A stretch of 64,000 nucleotides of DNA from an uncultured Gammaproteobacteria bacterium (GTDB lineage: Bacteria > Patescibacteriota > Microgenomatia > UBA10105 > UBA927), in contig CAZKLT010000002.1 of the NCBI GenBank assembly GCA_964553825.1, forward strand, positions 2,068 through 66,067, written 5' to 3'. The notes beneath the pieces were generated by a model. That model was given only the letters and a program-made list of their open reading frames with translations. It was not told the origin of the DNA and did no database searches. Made by a program: the position numbers and the translations under genes. This document shows, piece after piece, positions 48,685 through 58,258 of this stretch (positions are counted from its first letter, which is position 1; the number at the start of each line of letters is the position of its first letter).

Positions 48685-49017
48685 TTACTCAGGTTCCTTG
48701 CCTGATCCTCCACATCTCGGACATGGATCTGCATCATATTCTGATGCCCACGCACCGCGTGCAGGTACAAAACCGGAGCCCAAACAGCGTTTGCAGCGGC
48801 CATGCCCAAACAGAGCGAATATACCGCTCACACTGACACCGACGATGATTAAAAATACCGGAAGAAGAACCACAAATCCTCCCGGTCCAAACCGATCAAG
48901 CACAAACGCCACCGCCGGCTGCGCATGGAATACGAAAACAAACGCACCGACAATGCCCAATACGGAAAAGATGTACCACACTCTTTTCCAAAACGGATTT
49001 TTTTTCTGACTTTTCAT
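48685..49017 (-). CDS. membrane protein with a C-terminal zinc ribbon
   Basis: AAGGAGAGA RBS before ATG 49017. Two TM helices. C-terminal CxRC...CPRCGG. Confidence 0.55.
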   Translation of the reverse strand: MKSQKKNPFWKRVWYIFSVLGIVGAFVFVFHAQPAVAFVLDRFGPGGFVVLLPVFLIIVGVSVSGIFALFGHGRCKRCLGSGFVPARGAWASEYDADPCPRCGGSGKEPE

Positions 49018-49456
49018 CACGTCTCTCCTTGTTTCAGGTTTCACCATTCATTTCCCCTCTTTCCAGCTCCGCAAAACGGAACTCGAGAGAGGGGAAATCG
49101 CATCCTTCTCTTGTTAATGTGCCGGCTTCTTGTGTTGACCCGCAAATAGGCCACCAAAAAGCCCCTGTACGCTTCCCAGACGTGGGAACCATACAGGGGC
49201 CTTCATCAGGCGGTACCACCCCGCACTATCTTCTCTTCGGTACTAAAAATCCCCTTCCGGGGAGTACGTTGTACCAACGAGAAAATCTCATTCGTGACAT
49301 ACTCCGCTTTCGCGACATATGTTGACAGACTTTTTACGGTTTCGCCTCCGTACCCGATTAAGGTCAGCGCCTAAAAGTTTGACATCTCTCTTAGGAAGTG
49401 GGCTCCATCCTCGCTCCACATCGCCAGTATTCACTTATCTATGAGTATACCATCCC

Positions 49457-50062
49457 ATGCACCATGGTTGCAAATCCGTCTGCTACAATGGATATATGCC
49501 TCAGGAAACACTCAGAAACATTCTGCTTCTGGAGCTTATCTATATAACGGGATTCTGGATCCTCACCACCAGCCCGAAGGGCAACCTCAAAGGTTTTTTC
49601 GCTGCAATAAAAGACAAACGCTCAGGCCTCCCGGTACTCGTGTTTGAGCTTCTCTGTTTTGTTCAGGTTCTGTTTTTTTCCAGCCCACAATTTTCCTTAG
49701 GGAGATTCGACTGGTTTATGGGGGTTGCCGGGCTATGTATCTCACTGTATGGCGCGGGGCTTGCTTCCTGGGCAAAATGGACCATGGGAACCAACTGGGG
49801 CAGACCAGCCCAGCACGACAGGAAAATTCAGAAACAGCTTGTCACCGACGGCCCGTTTGCGTTTTCCCGAAATCCTATTTATGTGGGCTTGTTGTTTCTC
49901 TTTATCGGCCTGGAATTTGCTCTTCAAAGTTATGGCTTTATTCTCGCTATTCCCCTCTTTCTGGCGATACGCAAAGCCGTTATGACGGAAGAAGCGCTCC
50001 TGCTCACCTACTTCGGAAAATCCTACGCCCGGTATAAAAAGCGGGTTCCCCGATTTTTCTAG
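49457..50062 (+). CDS. isoprenylcysteine carboxyl methyltransferase (ICMT/PEMT) family membrane methyltransferase
   Basis: RNPIYVG motif. 4-5 TM helices. Alternative start at 49496. Confidence 0.7.
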   Translation: MHHGCKSVCYNGYMPQETLRNILLLELIYITGFWILTTSPKGNLKGFFAAIKDKRSGLPVLVFELLCFVQVLFFSSPQFSLGRFDWFMGVAGLCISLYGAGLASWAKWTMGTNWGRPAQHDRKIQKQLVTDGPFAFSRNPIYVGLLFLFIGLEFALQSYGFILAIPLFLAIRKAVMTEEALLLTYFGKSYARYKKRVPRFF

Positions 50063-50124
50063 CTAGTAGGTTAGGATGTGTATCCGTGACTGGACGAGAT
50101 TAGTCGATACTTTCAACTGTGTTT

Positions 50125-50631
50125 TCATTTGCACCTGATAGAGCTTATTTCCTTTATCGAGCGCAATGGCCTTTGACGTAAGCAGGATTGGCCCGGAGGA
50201 GTCGGGGTGACCTCGGAAAACCATACCGGGTGCTTATCTGTGGCATTGTAGAGCCTCACCCATACCCTCTGGCTCCCCGCTGGCACCGTGACCGTGGCTT
50301 CAAATGTCGCCTGCTTCATGCGTCCGTATGACGCCGTGTCCACGTAGGCGCTTGCCCCTGCCACATCAACCCAGTCATCGGAGGCATTTGTTCCCGATCC
50401 GAGTGGTACATAATACTCTTTTGCCGACCCGCTCACTGTTTTCCCCGCTACCTGATTCATCTTTGCGATACATGCCGAGGGACATGCCTCACTTGTTGTC
50501 CCCAGCACGGAACCACCTGCAAAAAACTGATGAATGAGATAGAGGTCAACGACCACTGCATTGAGAACTAAAACACCGACAAGCCACGGAAGAGGCGTAA
50601 AAAAATGGCGAGTGGCATTACGAAACTTCAT
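50125..50631 (-). CDS. hypothetical secreted/membrane-anchored protein
   Basis: N-terminal TM/signal segment. No recognised domain. Confidence 0.45.
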   Translation of the reverse strand: MKFRNATRHFFTPLPWLVGVLVLNAVVVDLYLIHQFFAGGSVLGTTSEACPSACIAKMNQVAGKTVSGSAKEYYVPLGSGTNASDDWVDVAGASAYVDTASYGRMKQATFEATVTVPAGSQRVWVRLYNATDKHPVWFSEVTPTPPGQSCLRQRPLRSIKEISSIRCK

Positions 50632-50671
50632 ACTTTCTCCAGTGTAGAAACTACCCCACTGGAGGTCAACT

Positions 50672-50744
50672 TGGTTGCGGGGCCGGGAATCGCACCCGGT
50701 CTAGAAGATTATGAGCCTTCTGTGCGGCTTTACACTACCCCGCG
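50672..50744 (-). tRNA. tRNA with anticodon CAU and a C1-A72 mismatch (initiator-like), non-canonical D and T loops
   Basis: CGCGGGG-UA-GUGU(AAAGCC)GCAC-A-GAAGG(CUCAUAA)UCUUC-UAGA-CCGGG(UGCGAUU)CCCGG-CCCCGCA-A-CCA. 73 nt, CCA encoded. The D loop lacks GG. The T loop has UGCG instead of UUCG. Confidence 0.55.
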
Positions 50745-50847
50745 GTTCATAAAGAACGAATTTCATTATAGCGTGTTTGGCGCTCAAATCAAAGCTGCCC
50801 TTTGCTCTTCCTTCCAACTGGACTATACTTACTCAAGAACTTCTTGT

Positions 50848-52545
50848 ATGAAAAAGTACTGGCACCTTGTCATATTGGGCATTATCTTTTGTGTTGCCCT
50901 GTTTCTCCGACTTTGGCACCTTCCTCAAATTCCCGTCGGGCTCCATGGTGATGAAGCAAGTATCGGCTACAACGCATACTCACTGTTAAAAACCGGCCGT
51001 GATCAAAACGGTATCCGGTACCCTCTTGCTATTGACCAATTCGGCGACTTTCGACCTGCGGGATACCACTATCTTGATATTCCATTCGTAAAACTCTTCG
51101 GACTCAACGCGCTTGCGGTTCGACTTCCGTCTGCGATTCTTGGTGCCGCGTCTGTGGTGCTTTTTTACTTTCTCACCTCCGCGATCTTCGGCAAAAAACC
51201 GGTCGGTCTGATTGCGGCTTTTTTTCTGACCATTTCCCCGTGGCACATAAACATTTCCCGGGCCACCAGTGAGGGGGTTATCGCAGGCTTCTTCATTCTT
51301 TTGGGAATCCTTTTGGTGTTTCATGCACTGACCCGGCCAGGTCGAACGTCTCACCTGCTTATCGGAGGCTTCCTCTCGCTGTTTGTCAGCATCCTGTTCT
51401 ACCACAGTGCGCGTCTGTTCGTGCCTGTTTTTCTCATACCGTTTCTCGGAATCATGTTCCTGGCTTACAAACCGCCGGTGAAACGAAGCATCGGGGCCGT
51501 CATGCTTCTCGTTCTCTTCATCGCCGCACTCGCCGGAGTTATGAAGTCAAGCCAGGGAGCAGCGCGACCCAGCACGGTGAGCATCTTCAATATCCCGGGT
51601 GGTGATCGCGAAATTTTCCAGCAAATCGGTGAAGATGGAACACGGCCTGCCACCATAACACGAATACTGCATAACAAAGCACTCTTTTACGGCAGGTTAT
51701 TTCTTGCGTCGTATTTCTGGCATTTCAACGGTGAATTTCTTTTTAATTCAACGGGCATGCCCATACGATATAAGATCCCATGGAGCGCCAATATGTACCT
51801 CACAGACCTCCCGCTTTTGCTTCTGGGCGCTGCTGCACTTCTTCTGGACGGATTACGGAAACGGAAATACCTGCTCCTCATCCCGCTGGCGTGGCTGACG
51901 ATTGGCGCCCTTCCTGCGGGGCTGACATGGGAAGATCTCCCCAATGTGCAACGGGCTAGTCTTATGATTCCGGCGCTCCTGATGATTTCAGCGTATGGAC
52001 TGTTTGAGCTCCTTGCCGTATTTACCCAGAAAACGCTTCAGAAGCTGATCCTGCTGGGATATGGCGCATTTCTTACCTACGGATTTATTCTTTTTTACCA
52101 CAATTACTTCTACCATCTCCCCCGTCATGAACCGTGGCACAGAAGCGCCGCCGTGCCGCAACTACTCTCCCGGATAGCAGACCTTAAGAAAACGCACGGT
52201 AATGCTCCCGTTATCATGACCACCGAAAGCAACAATAACTTCATCTTCTACCTTTTCTATACGGCATTTGACCCGGCCACATTCCAGGCGATGGGATCAC
52301 CCACAGAGAAAGATAATATGCTTTTTGACGGCATCCAATACACGGTCAGACCATGTCCATTGGGAAACAATTCAGAAGCACCGGATGAAGAAGAAGACAA
52401 TATAGGCATCCTTTTCGTCAATAAAGCAACCTGCAAAACTCCGGTTAATGTTGATGTGTTGGAGACGATACGGTGGACCGATGGTGTCCCCGCCTTTCTT
52501 ATTGTGAAGGTAAACCCCCTGTGGGTAGCGCCGAAGACAAAATAA
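50848..52545 (+). CDS. GT39/GT83-like (ArnT/PMT family) membrane glycosyltransferase
   Basis: ATG 50848 (MKKYWHLVIL). More than 10 TM helices. Conserved HGDEA motif. The upstream part of the supplied ORF overlaps the tRNA and looks spurious. Confidence 0.65.
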   Translation: MKKYWHLVILGIIFCVALFLRLWHLPQIPVGLHGDEASIGYNAYSLLKTGRDQNGIRYPLAIDQFGDFRPAGYHYLDIPFVKLFGLNALAVRLPSAILGAASVVLFYFLTSAIFGKKPVGLIAAFFLTISPWHINISRATSEGVIAGFFILLGILLVFHALTRPGRTSHLLIGGFLSLFVSILFYHSARLFVPVFLIPFLGIMFLAYKPPVKRSIGAVMLLVLFIAALAGVMKSSQGAARPSTVSIFNIPGGDREIFQQIGEDGTRPATITRILHNKALFYGRLFLASYFWHFNGEFLFNSTGMPIRYKIPWSANMYLTDLPLLLLGAAALLLDGLRKRKYLLLIPLAWLTIGALPAGLTWEDLPNVQRASLMIPALLMISAYGLFELLAVFTQKTLQKLILLGYGAFLTYGFILFYHNYFYHLPRHEPWHRSAAVPQLLSRIADLKKTHGNAPVIMTTESNNNFIFYLFYTAFDPATFQAMGSPTEKDNMLFDGIQYTVRPCPLGNNSEAPDEEEDNIGILFVNKATCKTPVNVDVLETIRWTDGVPAFLIVKVNPLWVAPKTK

Positions 52546-52550
52546 GTGGG

Positions 52551-52623
52551 TGCCAGCGGCAGGGATCGAACCTGCGACCTATGCCTTATGAAGACACCGC
52601 TACTACCACTGAGCTACGCTGGC
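52551..52623 (-). tRNA. tRNA-Met (CAU), elongator-type
   Basis: GCCAGCG-UA-GCUC(AGUGGUAG)UAGC-G-GUGUC(UUCAUAA)GGCAU-AGGUC-GCAGG(UUCGAUC)CCUGC-CGCUGGC-A. Perfect 7-bp acceptor stem. G1-C72. Confidence 0.85.
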
Positions 52624-52667
52624 CTTCGGCCATTGTACGAAATTTAGCCTCATCTGGCAACCATTCC

Positions 52668-53021
52668 CTAGAAAAAAAGCTTCCACCACCGCTTCCAGTT
52701 GGAACTGTCTGACTCTCCTCCTGAGGCTGCCGGTCCTCCGATAGCTCCCGACGTGTCCACAAGGACGATCGTATCCTCCGGCCTGGCCAATCCGAGTTTC
52801 TCTCGTGCCTGTTTTTCGATAAATGCAGCACTGGTAGCCTCGGCAAGCTTCCCCAGAAGCTCCGCTTTGCGCTGTTCCTCGGCTTGAAGCACGCTTTCCT
52901 GCGTCTGGACGATATCCTGCTTCGTTAGATGTCCGATGATAGACCGGATAAGCCCAACGGAAACCACCAAGCTCAATAGGCCGAAAATCAGGCGTACCGA
53001 GGCTAATTTGTCAGATTTCAT
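52668..53021 (-). CDS. FtsB/DivIC-like septum formation initiator (single-TM coiled-coil protein)
   Basis: N-terminal TM helix followed by a coiled-coil. 117 aa. Confidence 0.45.
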   Translation of the reverse strand: MKSDKLASVRLIFGLLSLVVSVGLIRSIIGHLTKQDIVQTQESVLQAEEQRKAELLGKLAEATSAAFIEKQAREKLGLARPEDTIVLVDTSGAIGGPAASGGESDSSNWKRWWKLFF

Positions 53022-53132
53022 ACATCCACTTGCAAAATAGCTCCTTTAATGATATTATAGGTTATCTTTAGCTTCTTTTAGAGCTACAAAACACTCTAAA
53101 CCTGCCACGAGCTAACGAATCAAAATCATACT

Positions 53133-53990
53133 ATGACAACCCTAAAAGACGCCCATGTGCAATTTACGCAATACCTGGAGTCCAGGAAGCGAGCGCGCGC
53201 TACCATCGTAGCATACGGCAAAGACATCGAACAGCTTACTGGCTTCCTCACAAACATGGGGAAGAAAAACATCGAGGACGTCACTCGTGATGAGCTGGAT
53301 GCATTCCTGAAAAAACTGGCCGCAGACAGCTATACACCCAAGTCCATCTCAAGAAAAATTAACTCAATTAAGACCTTTTTCCGGTTTCTGAAAACAACGG
53401 GCATCGTCAGCGGAGATCCTGCCATCGAGATTGAACACCCGAAATATGAAGTCAAGCCGCCGCGCATTCTCTCAAAGATCGAATATCGCGCGCTGCGTGA
53501 CGCGTGCCGGGGCGATCTGCGCATATACGCAATCGTTGAACTTTTCCTTCAGACAGGCATCCGCATCGGAGAACTTGCAACACTGAAAATAGAGGATCTC
53601 AATGGCATAACACTCCATATAGCAGCCCAGGAAGGACACGAAGAGCGCACCATTCCGTTAAACAAAGCCGCAAAGGATGCCCTTGACCGGTACCTGACGA
53701 CCCGAAACCCCGAGGCATCAAGCAAATCCCTCTTTGTCACAAAAACAGGGCGTCCCCTTCTTATCCGCAACATTCGCACCGCCATTGACCGGTATTTCCG
53801 GATTGCGGGCATCGAGGGCGCAAAAGTGAACGATCTGCGCCATACGTTCATCGCTCACCATCTCATGGCAGGAACCGCAATTACGACCCTGTCCAAGCTC
53901 GTCGGTCACAAGCGACTTTCCACGACGGAACGCTATCTCGAACTCGTCAAAGATAAACAGGTTGAAAGCGTAAAACTTGAAGAATTGTAA
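53133..53990 (+). CDS. tyrosine recombinase XerC/XerD family
   Basis: R..H..R..Y catalytic residues (RHTFIAHHL ... TTERYLEL). 285 aa. Confidence 0.85.
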   Translation: MTTLKDAHVQFTQYLESRKRARATIVAYGKDIEQLTGFLTNMGKKNIEDVTRDELDAFLKKLAADSYTPKSISRKINSIKTFFRFLKTTGIVSGDPAIEIEHPKYEVKPPRILSKIEYRALRDACRGDLRIYAIVELFLQTGIRIGELATLKIEDLNGITLHIAAQEGHEERTIPLNKAAKDALDRYLTTRNPEASSKSLFVTKTGRPLLIRNIRTAIDRYFRIAGIEGAKVNDLRHTFIAHHLMAGTAITTLSKLVGHKRLSTTERYLELVKDKQVESVKLEEL

Positions 53991-54161
53991 CGCGTTTGCA
54001 ATAATAGGTGAAAAGCGACTGAGTTTGGCCAGTCACCAAACGAGCTATCTGCCGAACCGCAGTAAGCAGATCGGGTAAGCCCGTAACAGCACTCGAGAAG
54101 CAAATAAGGTGGTACCACGAACACCCGTTCGTCCTTATAATGAAGGAGAGCGGGATTTTTT

Positions 54162-56393
54162 ATGGAAAAAAACTACGATCCAAAGCAGGTAGAAGACCGC
54201 ATTTACGCCATGTGGCAACAGGGCGGCTATTTTGTGCCCACCGATAATCCGAAGGCAAAGCCCTTCACTATTATCATGCCTCCTCCCAACGCCAACGACC
54301 CGCTCCACATTGGTCATGCCATGTTTGTCGCCTTAGAAGACATTATGATCCGCTACCGGCGAATGGCAGGCTTCGCCAGCCTCTGGGTTCCGGGAACGGA
54401 CCACGCAGGTATAGAAACCCAGTTCGTGTTTGAAAAAAAGCTGAAAAAAGACGGAAAAAGCCGGTTTGATTTTGACCGGGAAACATTATTCGCCAATATC
54501 TGGCAGTACGTAAAACAAAACTCAGATATGGCCGTTTCACAACTGAAACGGATTGGGGCATCTGCCGATTGGAGCCGCTTTAAATTCACCCTTGATCCGG
54601 ATATCGTCGACGTCGTGTTAACCACATTTCGCAAACTGCATGAAGACGGACTTCTCTATCGGGACAACCGCCTCGTTAACTACTGCACCCGCTGCGGCAC
54701 GGGATACTCAGAGCTTGAGGCGAACCACGAGGTGAAAAGGGATCCATTTGTCACCATAAAATACGGCGACTTTACCATAGGCACGGTGCGCCCGGAAACC
54801 AAATTCCGGGATACCGCCCTTGCCGTAAACCCTAAGGACAAACGGTATAAAAAATTTATCGGCCAAAGCTTTGACATAATGGGACTCTTGGGGCCTATAA
54901 AGATGACGGTGATAGCAGATCCCGAGGTGGATCCGGCATTCGGCACCGGCATGATGAAAGTAACGCCCGCCCATGATTTTCATGATTTCGAGCTGGGTAA
55001 AAAACATAATCTTCCCGTCACTCCCATTATCGATCTCAAAGGAAAAATGGACTTTTCCTGGTATATACAGAGTCCTGACTTTGCAACCAAACCGCAAAAA
55101 TACCAGGATCGCGCAAAAACGTATCATGGCTTGCATGTGTCAAAAGCCCGGCCGCTTATGATAGACCATCTCAAAGCAGACGGATTGCTTGTGGATATCA
55201 ACGAAAATTACGAACACACGGTGGCCACCTGCTATCGCTGCGGCTCCACCCTTGAGCCGCTTCCACTCCCCCAGTTTTATATCAAGGTTGAAGCGCTGAC
55301 AAAACCGGTACTTCAAGCGCTCAAAACCAAAAAGGTGAAGATTCTCGGTCCCGGATACGACAAGATACTCAAAAACTGGCTTACCAACCTCAAAGACTGG
55401 AACATCAGCCGCCAGATCGTCTGGGGGATACGGATTCCCGTGTGGTATTCCCTGGAAGAAAACCCCAACCTGCAAATACGGTATGTGGACTCGCAGGGAC
55501 AGCAGATCGTGAGAAACGGGAACGATATTCTTGCGTCTGGTGATCTTGAGGAGGCAAAAAAGGGTCTTCAACAGCTGCAGGCGCCCATCGGCTCAACGTT
55601 TGTCATAAGCACTACTGCCCCTGGTCCCAACTATCTCCAGGAAACGGATACGTTTGACACCTGGTTTTCTTCAGCCCAATGGCCATTTGCCACGCTTAAA
55701 ACCGCAAAAAAGGGAGACTTTGACCGCTTCTACCCTACGCAGGTTATGGAGACGGCGTACGACATTCTTATCTTTTGGGTCATGCGCATGCTAATGATGG
55801 GTATATATGTCACGGGTAAACCGCCATTTGATACCGTCTACCTTCATGGCCTCGTGCGGGATGATAAGGGGCAAAAAATGAGCAAATCGAAGGGTAACGT
55901 TATTAACCCGATAGAAATAATTGACAAATATGGGGCAGATGCGCTGCGTATGGCGCTCGTTATGAGCACCACCGCAGGCCGTGATTCAAATACCAGCGAA
56001 GAAAAAATCCGCGGCATGCGTAACTTCACCAACAAAATCTGGAACGCCGCGCGGTTTATCCGCCTCAAGGAAAATCAAAATGCAAAAATAGGCGAGCTGG
56101 ACGAACCGTTTATCAAACACCTCCATGCCACATCAAAAACTATCACCAAGTATTTAACCGCCCAAAAAATCGGCCTTGCAGCCGAGTGTGTATATCAGGA
56201 ATTTTGGCATTGGTTTTGCGATGAAGCCATCGAACAAAACAAGGAAGGTAAAATCTCCGATGCGGCGCTCAACGAAGGATTCATAACGTTTTTAAAGCTC
56301 CTTCATCCATTTGTGCCATTTATCACTGAGGAAGTTTGGAGATCGATACATCCCGACAGGACGCCGCTAGTTGTCAGCCCATGGCCGTCATGA
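54162..56393 (+). CDS. valS: valine--tRNA ligase (compact form lacking the C-terminal coiled-coil)
   Basis: PPPNANDPLHIGHA and KMSKS motifs. 743 aa. Confidence 0.75.
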   Translation: MEKNYDPKQVEDRIYAMWQQGGYFVPTDNPKAKPFTIIMPPPNANDPLHIGHAMFVALEDIMIRYRRMAGFASLWVPGTDHAGIETQFVFEKKLKKDGKSRFDFDRETLFANIWQYVKQNSDMAVSQLKRIGASADWSRFKFTLDPDIVDVVLTTFRKLHEDGLLYRDNRLVNYCTRCGTGYSELEANHEVKRDPFVTIKYGDFTIGTVRPETKFRDTALAVNPKDKRYKKFIGQSFDIMGLLGPIKMTVIADPEVDPAFGTGMMKVTPAHDFHDFELGKKHNLPVTPIIDLKGKMDFSWYIQSPDFATKPQKYQDRAKTYHGLHVSKARPLMIDHLKADGLLVDINENYEHTVATCYRCGSTLEPLPLPQFYIKVEALTKPVLQALKTKKVKILGPGYDKILKNWLTNLKDWNISRQIVWGIRIPVWYSLEENPNLQIRYVDSQGQQIVRNGNDILASGDLEEAKKGLQQLQAPIGSTFVISTTAPGPNYLQETDTFDTWFSSAQWPFATLKTAKKGDFDRFYPTQVMETAYDILIFWVMRMLMMGIYVTGKPPFDTVYLHGLVRDDKGQKMSKSKGNVINPIEIIDKYGADALRMALVMSTTAGRDSNTSEEKIRGMRNFTNKIWNAARFIRLKENQNAKIGELDEPFIKHLHATSKTITKYLTAQKIGLAAECVYQEFWHWFCDEAIEQNKEGKISDAALNEGFITFLKLLHPFVPFITEEVWRSIHPDRTPLVVSPWPS

Positions 56394-56439
56394 GATAATA
56401 CGCATACCCAGCGAGGCTAATCCTGGGATTTTTCATTCT

Positions 56440-57003
56440 ATGTCAACGATAACCACCGCCGATTTTGCCAAAGGAATATTTATCGAATTTAAGAACGAAC
56501 CGCATCAGATTGTGGAGTTTCAATTCGTCAATCCGGGGAAAGGGTCAGCATTCGTCCGCACCCGCCTCAAGTCCCTCAAAACAGGAAAAGTCCAGGAATT
56601 TACGTACAAATCCGGAGAGTCTGTTGAGGAGATTCCGGTCGCTACCCGCGAGATGCAATTCCTCTACAAAGAAGCGGATAAATATATCTTTATGGACAAC
56701 TTTTCCTATGAACAATATGGCATCCCGGAGAGCATGTTGGGCACATACGTGAACTGGCTCAAGCCAAATGACACCTACCAAATCCTCGTAAACGACGATG
56801 AGGCTGTGGGCATACGGTTCCCCAAAAAAGTACGACTGAAGGTAACACAAGCGGAAGAAGGTGCGCGCGGCAATACCGTCGGCGGCGCATTGAAGTCAGT
56901 CACCGTGGAAACGGGCGCCACGGTCAGTGTTCCCCTCTTCATCAAGGAAGGCGAAACGATCGCCATCGATCCCGAGACTGGGACCTATCTTGAGCGCGGC
57001 TAA
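56440..57003 (+). CDS. efp: elongation factor P
   Basis: NPGKGSAF loop with the modifiable Lys. KOW-like and OB domains. Confidence 0.9.
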   Translation: MSTITTADFAKGIFIEFKNEPHQIVEFQFVNPGKGSAFVRTRLKSLKTGKVQEFTYKSGESVEEIPVATREMQFLYKEADKYIFMDNFSYEQYGIPESMLGTYVNWLKPNDTYQILVNDDEAVGIRFPKKVRLKVTQAEEGARGNTVGGALKSVTVETGATVSVPLFIKEGETIAIDPETGTYLERG

Positions 57004-57024
57004 AATAGCCGGTACACTGGGTAT

Positions 57025-58212
57025 ATGGCCGCCAAAACCCTCAAACGACCTTGGACCCACTGGGCGAGCGCGGCACTGGTTGGCAGTATCATCATCCTGA
57101 CCGTTTCTACATGGGCTGCAGATACCTGGACGACCCTTTCCCAAACTATCGTCGGGAAGTCGCAGGAAAATACGCAGCTCGCACGCCAAATTGCTTCAAT
57201 CTCAGCGGAGCTTTCGGCTCTCCAGAACGAGGATCAATTCATCCGCAACAAGAAACTTGAAGGCGACATCAAACAGATCGAATCCACATACAAGGGCGCG
57301 GTTGATGTGTATGAGGAATTGCTGGAACTTAAAACAGTCGCCAAGGATACCAAAAAGTTTGATGAGTCATTTGCAAAAATCCTCGACCTCCTATCCGGCA
57401 GGAACTATGCGTCAGCAGCGGCTTCGCTTGCAACGCTGCGGACTTCCATAAAAGCAGAACACGATAAAATCACTGCATCATTTGTCATCCCCGCCAATGT
57501 CTCGGCAAATAATTCCGCTCCCTCATCTGGGTATCAAAGACAACGTGTCGAACTGGATATTGGCGAATACCTGGTAGACATTGTCGCCGGCGACCTGTCT
57601 TCCACCCGCGTCATTGTTGATACAGCCTCAAGTGAGACGTGCAAAAACGATTGCCCCGTTCTTTCCCTTTCTGAATACGTATCGCGAAACGGCGCCTTTG
57701 CGGCGATTAACGGATCGTATTTTTGCCCCGCCAGCTACCCAAGCTGTGCCGGAAAGACCAACTCCTTTGATACACTGCTGATGAATAAAAACAAAGTATA
57801 TTTTAACTCCGATAACAACGTCTATAGCACTGTACCTGCGGTTATTTTCGCGTCAGGATCAGTCCGGTTTATCGGGCGCTCTCTTGATTGGGGTCGGGAT
57901 ACCGGGATAGACAGCATGATTGCCAATCAACCACTTATGGTGTCTGGCGGCAATGTGATTTTCGGAGGCGACGGCGATCCTAAAAAAGGAAGCATCGGCC
58001 CACGCAGCTTCGTTGCAAGCAGAGGAAACACGGTATACATCGGCGTTGTCCACAACGCGACCGTCGCTGAGGCCGCACGTGTGCTGAAAGGTTTGAACAT
58101 GGACCATGCGCTTAATTTGGACTCCGGCGGCTCAACTGCCCTTTGGAGCGGTGGATATAAAGTGGGTCCCGGCAGAAACATTCCAAACGCGATTTTGTTT
58201 GTCAGAAAGTGA
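57025..58212 (+). CDS. phosphodiester glycosidase family protein (DUF2233-like), membrane-anchored
   Basis: ALNLDSGGSTAL motif. N-terminal TM and coiled-coil. Confidence 0.6.
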   Translation: MAAKTLKRPWTHWASAALVGSIIILTVSTWAADTWTTLSQTIVGKSQENTQLARQIASISAELSALQNEDQFIRNKKLEGDIKQIESTYKGAVDVYEELLELKTVAKDTKKFDESFAKILDLLSGRNYASAAASLATLRTSIKAEHDKITASFVIPANVSANNSAPSSGYQRQRVELDIGEYLVDIVAGDLSSTRVIVDTASSETCKNDCPVLSLSEYVSRNGAFAAINGSYFCPASYPSCAGKTNSFDTLLMNKNKVYFNSDNNVYSTVPAVIFASGSVRFIGRSLDWGRDTGIDSMIANQPLMVSGGNVIFGGDGDPKKGSIGPRSFVASRGNTVYIGVVHNATVAEAARVLKGLNMDHALNLDSGGSTALWSGGYKVGPGRNIPNAILFVRK

Positions 58213-58258
58213 AGGCTCGTTGACAAACCAGCAAAAACAGTGAAACAATACCGCTAGT

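Noticed and set aside
50605-50847. N-terminal 81 codons of the supplied 646-aa ORF
   Set aside because: This stretch overlaps the tRNA at 50672-50744 and has no homology to the GT39 family. The real start is ATG 50848 (MKKYWHL).
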